Assembly: GCA_021816775.1 (NCBI GenBank)
Contig: JAKAXA010000002.1
Span: forward strand, 121,113 to 185,112
Direction: 5' to 3'
From: Pseudomonadota bacterium
GTDB taxonomy: Bacteria; Pseudomonadota; Gammaproteobacteria; Steroidobacterales; Steroidobacteraceae
Length of the DNA: 64,000 bases
Of this stretch, positions 63,918 through 64,000 are shown in pieces. The position numbers and the translations under genes were made by a program. Positions within the stretch are counted from its first letter, which is position 1. Each line of letters starts with the position of its first letter. The notes below the pieces were generated by a model. That model was not told the origin of the DNA. It searched no databases and saw only the letters and a list, made by a program, of their open reading frames with translations.

Positions 63918-64000
63918 ATGCCAAGTCTACCCGCCCGCGTCTCCTACGATTTCCGCGGTCATCGCGCGATCGTCACAGGGGCTGCACGCGGCATCGGCCG
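63918..64000 (+). CDS. Short-chain dehydrogenase/reductase, 5' fragment (continues beyond window)
   Basis: MPSLPARVSYDFRGHRAIVTGAARGIG is the SDR TGxxxGIG cofactor motif. The ATG is 2 nt after the had stop. Confidence 0.6.
   Translation, partial: MPSLPARVSYDFRGHRAIVTGAARGIG

Noticed and set aside
1-64000. A search for CRISPR arrays, tRNA/rRNA genes, IS elements, integrases, toxin-antitoxin pairs or known defence-system genes.
   Set aside because: I saw no short regularly spaced repeats, no cloverleaf-like AT/GC patterns, no transposase, recombinase or nuclease-like ORFs, and no terminal inverted repeats. The scan was manual, so small RNAs could have been missed.

Overview
High-GC bacterial chromosomal DNA. 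I saw no rRNA, tRNA, CRISPR array, transposase, integrase or phage genes. All functional names come from my own reading of motifs in the supplied translations; no database search was possible. ORF-track starts were often trimmed to internal starts, because long N-terminal extensions and antisense shadow ORFs are common in DNA this GC-rich.

(i) 1-20 kb: four pyrogallol-transhydroxylase / resorcinol-hydroxylase-type molybdoenzyme large-subunit genes (AthL-like). Two of them have adjacent BthL-like Fe-S subunit genes. On the same strand this cluster is interrupted by a complete dsrC-(dsrT-position ORF)-dsrMKJOP membrane thiol/disulfide redox module, a cysteine-desulfurase-family gene and an IclR regulator. 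No dsrAB or other sulfur-metabolism genes occur in the window. I consider this hydroxylase/Dsr association the most likely undescribed system here. The two leftmost AthL-like genes share a base-perfect 1,412-bp repeat. One AthL-like gene carries an extra N-terminal hydrophobic helix plus an SCP2-like domain.

(ii) 20-37 kb: two LysR regulators, a TPP enzyme, an APC permease, a TonB-dependent receptor, a class III aminotransferase, an amidohydrolase-2 (gamma-resorcylate-decarboxylase-type) enzyme, AraC and TetR regulators, an aldehyde dehydrogenase and several decayed genes.

(iii) 37-64 kb: an anaerobic phenylacetate/benzoyl-CoA island. It contains phenylacetate-CoA ligase, a PadBCD-like phenylacetyl-CoA:acceptor oxidoreductase split over convergent strands, and a five-subunit PadEFGHI-type 2-oxoacid (phenylglyoxylate) oxidoreductase. 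It also contains class I ATP-dependent benzoyl-CoA reductase bcrCBAD with ferredoxin, dch, oah, had, korAB, gcdH, and a GNAT/Rrf2 (BadL/BadM-like) pair. Every promoter region of this island carries an AT-rich palindromic motif (GTAYNRTAATAC, ideal GTATTATAATAC) that overlaps -10-like hexamers. A perfect 18-bp version lies upstream of the Rrf2 gene's own operon, which suggests a single repressor regulon.
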